From the NCBI GenBank assembly GCA_021816845.1, contig JAKAWT010000002.1, positions 33,017 through 97,016 of the forward strand: a DNA stretch of 64,000 bases. The letters are read 5' to 3'. Positions within the stretch are counted from its first letter, which is position 1; each line of letters opens with the position of its first letter. This DNA comes from a bacterium (lineage in GTDB: Bacteria > Patescibacteriota > Dojkabacteria > JAKAPS01 > JAJZLI01). Both the position numbers and the translations under genes were made by a program. The notes beneath the pieces are model-generated. The model made no database searches and was not told the origin of the DNA. It saw only the letters and a list, made by a program, of their open reading frames with translations. Below are positions 58,860 to 64,000 of this stretch, in pieces.

Positions 58860-59141
58860 ATGATAACAAAAAAAGATATACTCCATATAGCAAAACTATG
58901 TAATATCAAAATAGAAGAAAGTGAAATTTCAAAATTCCAAAATCAATTGGCTCAAATTATAGATTATATAAATATATTAAACGAGGTTGATACAGAGGAT
59001 ATAGATTCATTTTTTGAAGTTAATGATTTAGCTACTGTTTTACGTGAAGATACGACTGATATTTCTTTAGATTTTGATGATATCAAGATAAATGCTATTA
59101 ATACAGATAAAACTCAAATAAAGGTTAACAAAGTATTATGA
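58860..59141 (+). CDS. gatC: Asp/Glu-tRNA amidotransferase subunit C (start probably ATG 58860)
   Basis: ITKKDILHIAKL, L..IIDYI..LNEVDT, LRED; precedes gatA. Confidence 0.92.
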   Translation: MITKKDILHIAKLCNIKIEESEISKFQNQLAQIIDYINILNEVDTEDIDSFFEVNDLATVLREDTTDISLDFDDIKINAINTDKTQIKVNKVL

Positions 59142-60529
59142 TTGATAAACTTAAAGAACAGATAGATAATAAAAAAATTAGTGTAGAGGATGTTGCCAAA
59201 GAATATATATCTAAAGCTAAAAAATTGAATCCTGAACTTAATGCTTATATATCTATAACTGAAGATTATGCTCTATCTCACTTGTCTTATAGTCCGCAAA
59301 ATAAGCTTTCTGGAATACCTGGAATCATAAAGGATAATATCAATATAAAAGGGTTGAGAACCACTGCAGGGTCACGTATACTTGAAAATTATATATCCCC
59401 CTACTCTGCTTCTGTAGTTTTAAATTTGTCTGATTTTACATTAGTTGGAAAAGGAAATATGGATGCTTTTGCCTTTGGGTCTTCAACTGAAAATTCAGGA
59501 TATGGGGTTACTCATAACCCATTAGATAAAACAAGGGTGGCCGGTGGTTCTAGTGGTGGTGTTGCAGCAGCAATAGCGTCTGGTTCAGCATTGTTTGGTA
59601 TAGGGACTGATACTGGTGGATCAGTAAGACAGCCCGCATCTTTTTGTGGGGTTGTAGGATTAAAACCAACATATGGATTATGTTCTAGATATGGTCTTAT
59701 TGCAATGGGATCATCTTTTGATACTCCTGGTGTAATAACCAGAAATGTATATGATTCTGCTTATGTTCTAAATGAGATTGCAAAATATGATAAAAAAGAC
59801 TCAACTTCTATGAAGGTTGCAAAACAAGATTATACAAAATTTAGGGATATTAAAGATTTAAGGGTGGGAGTTTTAAATTTTTCAGAAGAAGGTGTTGATT
59901 CTGATGTAATAGATGCATTTTCAAATAGTATTAAAACTATAAAATCATTGGGTTGCAAAGTAAAAACAATTGATCTACCTCATTTAAAGTATTCTTTGGC
60001 TGTATATTATATTCTTGTACCATCAGAAATAAGTGCTAATTTAGCAAGATATGATGGAATTAGATTTGGTAATCATCCAGAAAAAACTGAAGATAATAAT
60101 TTTGAATCATTAAGTGATTTCTATGTAGAGGCTAGATCTAAATTTGAAGATGAAGTTAAAAGAAGAATAATAATAGGTACATATACATTATCTTCTGGTT
60201 ATTATGATGCATATTTTAATAAAGCTTTAAAAGTAAGAAACATAATAAAACAGGAGATTAAAAATGCTTTTCTAGATGTTGATGTAATCATATCACCTAC
60301 AACACCCAGCGTAGCTTTCAAAATAGGAAAGAAAATAGAAAACCCACTTAGTATGTACTTGTCTGATATATTTACAGTATCTTCGAATATTGCAGGTATA
60401 CCAGCTATATCAATACCAAACGGTTATTATAATAAACTACCTACTGGGCTTCAGATTATGGGGAGGTCATTTGGGGAGAGTACAATACTCTCATTAGCTA
60501 ATTTTATAGAGCAAAAGTTATGGAAGTAA
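59138..60529 (+). CDS. gatA: Asp/Glu-tRNA amidotransferase subunit A
   Basis: IKDNI, GGSSGG, GTDTGGSVRQPA, NLARYDG, EVKRRI..GTY.LSSGYYDAY. Confidence 0.97.
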   Translation: MIDKLKEQIDNKKISVEDVAKEYISKAKKLNPELNAYISITEDYALSHLSYSPQNKLSGIPGIIKDNINIKGLRTTAGSRILENYISPYSASVVLNLSDFTLVGKGNMDAFAFGSSTENSGYGVTHNPLDKTRVAGGSSGGVAAAIASGSALFGIGTDTGGSVRQPASFCGVVGLKPTYGLCSRYGLIAMGSSFDTPGVITRNVYDSAYVLNEIAKYDKKDSTSMKVAKQDYTKFRDIKDLRVGVLNFSEEGVDSDVIDAFSNSIKTIKSLGCKVKTIDLPHLKYSLAVYYILVPSEISANLARYDGIRFGNHPEKTEDNNFESLSDFYVEARSKFEDEVKRRIIIGTYTLSSGYYDAYFNKALKVRNIIKQEIKNAFLDVDVIISPTTPSVAFKIGKKIENPLSMYLSDIFTVSSNIAGIPAISIPNGYYNKLPTGLQIMGRSFGESTILSLANFIEQKLWK

Positions 60530-61989
60530 AAACAATTATAGGGCTTGAAATACATGTACAGTTAAAAACAAAATCTAAAATGTTTTGTTCTTGTTCCTCT
60601 GAATACTTTAATGATATTCCTAACTCTCATATGTGTCCTGTCTGTTTGGGGCTTCCAGGTGCATTACCTGTTATTAATAAAGAAGCTGTAGTACAAGCTA
60701 TCAGAGTTGGTGAGGCTTTAAATTTAGATATAAATAGTAAATCCAGATTTGATAGAAAAAATTATATGTATCCGGATCTCTTTAAAGGCTATCAAATTAC
60801 TCAATTTGAATTTCCAATAACAACTTCAGGATACGTATACATAAATGTAAATAATGGAGATAAAGGATCCAAATCCAAGAAGATAAGAATTCTAAGAGCT
60901 CATATGGAAGAAGATACTGCAAAATCTACTCATTACAGTGATCATACACTCCTTGATGGAAACAAAGCTGGAGTACCTTTACTTGAAATTGTATCTTATC
61001 CTGATATGGAATCTAGTGAGGAGGCGAAAGAATATGCCAAAAAGATTTATAACATAGTTCGATTTATACAAGCATCAGATTGTGATATGGAAAAAGGTCA
61101 GATGAGATTTGACTTGAATGTGAATTTGAAAATTACAAAAAAGGAAGGAGGCTCTGTAGTGAAAGAATACAGAACGCCTATTGTGGAAGTTAAAAACCTT
61201 AATTCTTTTAGAGCTTTAGAAAGGGCAACTTTATATGAAGAGGAAAGACAATTAGAAGAATTTAGAAAAAATGCAGAAATTGCTCAGGTTGGTAATAAAG
61301 TAACCAGAGGATGGAATGATAATCTATCTAAAACTTTTTTTCAGCGTGAGAAAGAGGAGAGTAACGATTATAGATATTTTCCAGAGCCTGATCTACCACC
61401 GTTATATCTAAATAAGGAATTTATAGATAATGCAAAAAAGAGTATTGGAATATTACCTGATGAGGCTTTAAAAATACTGGAAGATAAGTACAAAATAGGG
61501 AGTAATATAGCTACTACTATAGTAGAAGATAGATCATACTATAATTATTTTTTAAGTGAACTTATAAAATATAAAGGATCTCCATCAAATCTTGCAAATT
61601 GGATAGCTGGGTATATAGTAGGTCTTTTAAACGAATCAGGAAAAAGTATATTAGATATAAGTTCTGGGATGCTAGCAATATTGTTGAATCTTGAAGATGC
61701 AAATAATTTATCTTCTTTAAAGATAAAAGATATTCTAAAAGAGGTTATTTTAGAGAATTCAGATTTAGATAAACTTATAAATGACAATATTATAATTAAA
61801 GATGATAATATGTTAGATACTACGATAGATAACATTTTAGCTAACAATAAGGAGGAAGTTTTAAAATATAAGTCTGGAAAAGATGGTATATTGTCATATT
61901 TAATAGGACAAGTTATGAGGGAAATGCAAGGAAGGGCAGATCCAAGCAGTATAAAAGAAAAATTACTAAAAAAGATAAATTCTATCTAA
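60520..61989 (+). CDS. gatB: Asp/Glu-tRNA amidotransferase subunit B
   Basis: IGLEIHVQL, FDRKNY.YPDL, HMEED, EVKNLNS, DYRYFPEPDL, GQVMR. Confidence 0.98.
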   Translation: MEVKTIIGLEIHVQLKTKSKMFCSCSSEYFNDIPNSHMCPVCLGLPGALPVINKEAVVQAIRVGEALNLDINSKSRFDRKNYMYPDLFKGYQITQFEFPITTSGYVYINVNNGDKGSKSKKIRILRAHMEEDTAKSTHYSDHTLLDGNKAGVPLLEIVSYPDMESSEEAKEYAKKIYNIVRFIQASDCDMEKGQMRFDLNVNLKITKKEGGSVVKEYRTPIVEVKNLNSFRALERATLYEEERQLEEFRKNAEIAQVGNKVTRGWNDNLSKTFFQREKEESNDYRYFPEPDLPPLYLNKEFIDNAKKSIGILPDEALKILEDKYKIGSNIATTIVEDRSYYNYFLSELIKYKGSPSNLANWIAGYIVGLLNESGKSILDISSGMLAILLNLEDANNLSSLKIKDILKEVILENSDLDKLINDNIIIKDDNMLDTTIDNILANNKEEVLKYKSGKDGILSYLIGQVMREMQGRADPSSIKEKLLKKINSI

Positions 61990-62007
61990 AAATCCAATTA
62001 TATTAAA

Positions 62008-62036
62008 TTGTAAATATGATGAATTTTTGATATATT
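62008..62036 (+). promoter_or_regulatory. Sigma70-type promoter TTGTAA-17nt-TATATT (TG-extended), 6 nt before ATG 62043
   Basis: Direct reading; canonical spacing. Confidence 0.55.
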
Positions 62037-62042
62037 CTTTAT

Positions 62043-62588
62043 ATGCAGAAATTGAGTATATCAATGGTTTCATTAGTTTTTATTGTGATATTTTTTTCAG
62101 CCCCTATATTCGCATATTCATTTTTTAATGTTAAAATAACTTCTGATGGGCAATCCCCTCTTAATAATTACATTAGTCTTTCATCTTTGATAAAATCAGA
62201 GAGAAATTTTAAATCAGTAAAAATCACTTGGGATTTGCCTTCTGGTGTACTTTTAAAATCTGGATCTCTAATACAGTATTGGACTAGTGTAAGCCAAGGT
62301 TCTTCACTACTTAATAGTATAGAAATACTACCCAATAATCCTGGGGTATACAATGTGAGCGTCGCTGCAGTAGCATATACTAATTCAGGATCAAACTATG
62401 TCAACTCTGATCAAGAAACTTTAGTTGTGAATAAGAATTTGTATCTAGAACCAGTTACAACGCTTTTTAATATAGAGGTTTGGGGTCTTAATATATTTAA
62501 AGTAGCTTTACTTTTGATATATCTATTTATAGTATATAAGATTTTTATATTCCTATATAAAGAATTTAGAAAATATATTGATTCATGA
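62043..62588 (+). CDS. Hypothetical exported protein: signal peptide, Ig-like domain, C-terminal TM
   Basis: AxA-type signal (PIFA|Y), W.LPSGV.L..GS and PG.Y.V.V Ig-like pattern, C-terminal hydrophobic helix; ATGA overlap with dnaE. Confidence 0.75.
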   Translation: MQKLSISMVSLVFIVIFFSAPIFAYSFFNVKITSDGQSPLNNYISLSSLIKSERNFKSVKITWDLPSGVLLKSGSLIQYWTSVSQGSSLLNSIEILPNNPGVYNVSVAAVAYTNSGSNYVNSDQETLVVNKNLYLEPVTTLFNIEVWGLNIFKVALLLIYLFIVYKIFIFLYKEFRKYIDS

Positions 62589-64000
62589 AAAACAACGATT
62601 TTACTCATTTACATATGCATACTGAATATTCCCTTTTGGATGGGATGAGTAGTATCAAAAAACTTGTAGAAAAAGTTAAATCTTTAGGTATGACAAGTTG
62701 TGCAATTACAGATCACGGTGTTTTGTATGGAGCTCATGAATTTTATGATGAATGTAGAAAAAATGATATAAAAGCAATAATAGGTGTGGAAATATATCTT
62801 GCTAATGGATCAAGAAAAGATAAAACTCAAAATAGAAATGAAAATTATAGCCATCTTACGCTTCTTGCAGAAAATGAAGAAGGTTATAAAAACCTTATCA
62901 AAATAGTATCCGATGCGAGTGTTAATGGTTTCTATTATAAACCAAGAACAGATATAGATTTTCTAAAATCTCATTCACAAGGTATTATTGCATTGTCTGG
63001 TTGTCTTGGTGGTGATATTGCAATACAAATATTAAAAGGAAATATAAAAGAGGCATATGGTTATGCTGAACAATTTATAGATGTTTTTGGAAAGTCCAAC
63101 TTTTATCTTGAGGTTCAGAGGAATGGTATTAAAGAGCAGGATAAGGTCAATGAGGTATTGTTTGAAATGGGTAGAGATCTTGATATACCTTTAGTTGCTA
63201 CTTGTGATTCACATTATTTGGATAAGGAGGATAGTTATGCACATGAAGTCCTACTCTGTATTGAGACTGGAAAGACAATTGATGACAAAGATAGAATGAG
63301 ATTAGGATCAAATGAATTTTATGTTAAAAGTCCTGAAGAGATGATTAAACTTTGGGAGGATCGCCCTGAGTGTATTGAGAACACTAATATTATTAGGGAT
63401 AGATGTAATGTTGAAATTAAATTTAACGGCTTTATATTCCCGGATCTAAGGATACCACAAAGATATAATGGAGACTTTGGATTAAGGTTAAGAGATTTAG
63501 TGTTTAAAAGAGGTAAAGAAAAGTTAGGAAGAGATTTTAGCGAGAATGAGCTTGAAAGGATAAATTATGAACTTGATATTATAATATCAAAAGGGTTTGC
63601 GTCATACATGCTTATGGTAGCAGATTTTACAGATTATTTATCTAAGGAGGATATACCTACTACTACTAGAGGTTCAGCAGCAGGATCATATATAGCTTAC
63701 CTTATAGGTATAGTACCTATAAATCCATTAATTTTTGGATTATCTTTCGAAAGATTTTTAAATCCTTTAAGACCAAAAGCTCCAGATGTAGATTTAGATA
63801 TAGCGAGTGCTAGAAGAGAAGACGTTCTAAATTATGCAGTATCCAAATATGGATATAATAGAGTTTCACAGATTGTAACTTTTGGTAGGATGAAGGCAAG
63901 AGCTGCGATTAGAGATGTGGGCAGAGTTTTAAAAGTACCTCTATACACAGTTGATAAAATTGCTAAATTAATACCACAGGGAGAATATACTATCAAAGAA
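62585..64000 (+). CDS. dnaE: DNA polymerase III alpha subunit, N-terminal part (runs off the window edge)
   Basis: Not in the ORF track. Manual translation: MKNNDFTHLHMHTEYSLLDG...AITDHG...FYYKPR...RGSAAGS...FERFLNP.R..PDVDLD. Confidence 0.97.
   Translation, partial: MKNNDFTHLHMHTEYSLLDGMSSIKKLVEKVKSLGMTSCAITDHGVLYGAHEFYDECRKNDIKAIIGVEIYLANGSRKDKTQNRNENYSHLTLLAENEEGYKNLIKIVSDASVNGFYYKPRTDIDFLKSHSQGIIALSGCLGGDIAIQILKGNIKEAYGYAEQFIDVFGKSNFYLEVQRNGIKEQDKVNEVLFEMGRDLDIPLVATCDSHYLDKEDSYAHEVLLCIETGKTIDDKDRMRLGSNEFYVKSPEEMIKLWEDRPECIENTNIIRDRCNVEIKFNGFIFPDLRIPQRYNGDFGLRLRDLVFKRGKEKLGRDFSENELERINYELDIIISKGFASYMLMVADFTDYLSKEDIPTTTRGSAAGSYIAYLIGIVPINPLIFGLSFERFLNPLRPKAPDVDLDIASARREDVLNYAVSKYGYNRVSQIVTFGRMKARAAIRDVGRVLKVPLYTVDKIAKLIPQGEYTIKE

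Noticed and set aside
3282-62608. Dozens of 60-150 aa ORFs antisense to or nested in long genes (e.g. 3936-4319, 13056-13520, 35774-36223, 47405-47821)
   Set aside because: Shadow ORFs rich in I/S/L/F, produced by the reverse complement of AT-rich codons; no motifs and fully overlapped by confident genes.
1-64000. Alternative genetic code (TGA=Gly/Trp, as in Gracilibacteria or Mollicutes) given the low GC
   Set aside because: All conserved genes are full length under code 11, and TGA ends genes at expected positions (pyrG, glyA, mutL, ftsA, gatC).

Overview
AT-rich (roughly 25-30% GC by eye), densely packed core-genome segment of a reduced bacterium using genetic code 11. It is most consistent with a Patescibacteria/CPR lineage (inference from the HLGR TyrRS, PPIase-less trigger factor, IleRS type 2, PilX-like pilin and CPR-type GT2). 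Contents: translation genes (tyrS, pheST, rplT, rpmI, infC, thrS, ileS, gatCAB), 8 tRNAs, tig-clpP, pyrG-dcd-glyA-folD, cell wall and division genes (PBP1A, murG, ftsW, rodA, glmS, ftsQAZ), repair and replication genes (mutS, mutL, uvrA, uvrB, dnaE), surface-glycan enzymes and three DedA paralogs. No CRISPR array, integrase, transposase or rRNA was seen. The most unusual element is an orphan 744-aa PilX-like pilin (51426-53660) with a six-bladed Kelch propeller inserted into the pilin body. The propeller itself carries a Cys-bracketed Tyr/Trp-rich loop reminiscent of an antibody CDR and an Ig-like domain, making it a candidate host-recognition adhesin. Also notable: motif-degenerate enzymes embedded in core operons (pseudo-Fic-HTH after ftsZ, AAA+/DUF4143-like protein between mutS and mutL, atypical LCP plus propeller between uvrB and uvrA), widespread leaderless-type promoters, terminator-less convergent gene overlaps, and tRNAs breaking near-invariant positions. 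All family calls come from motif recognition by eye; no database search was run.
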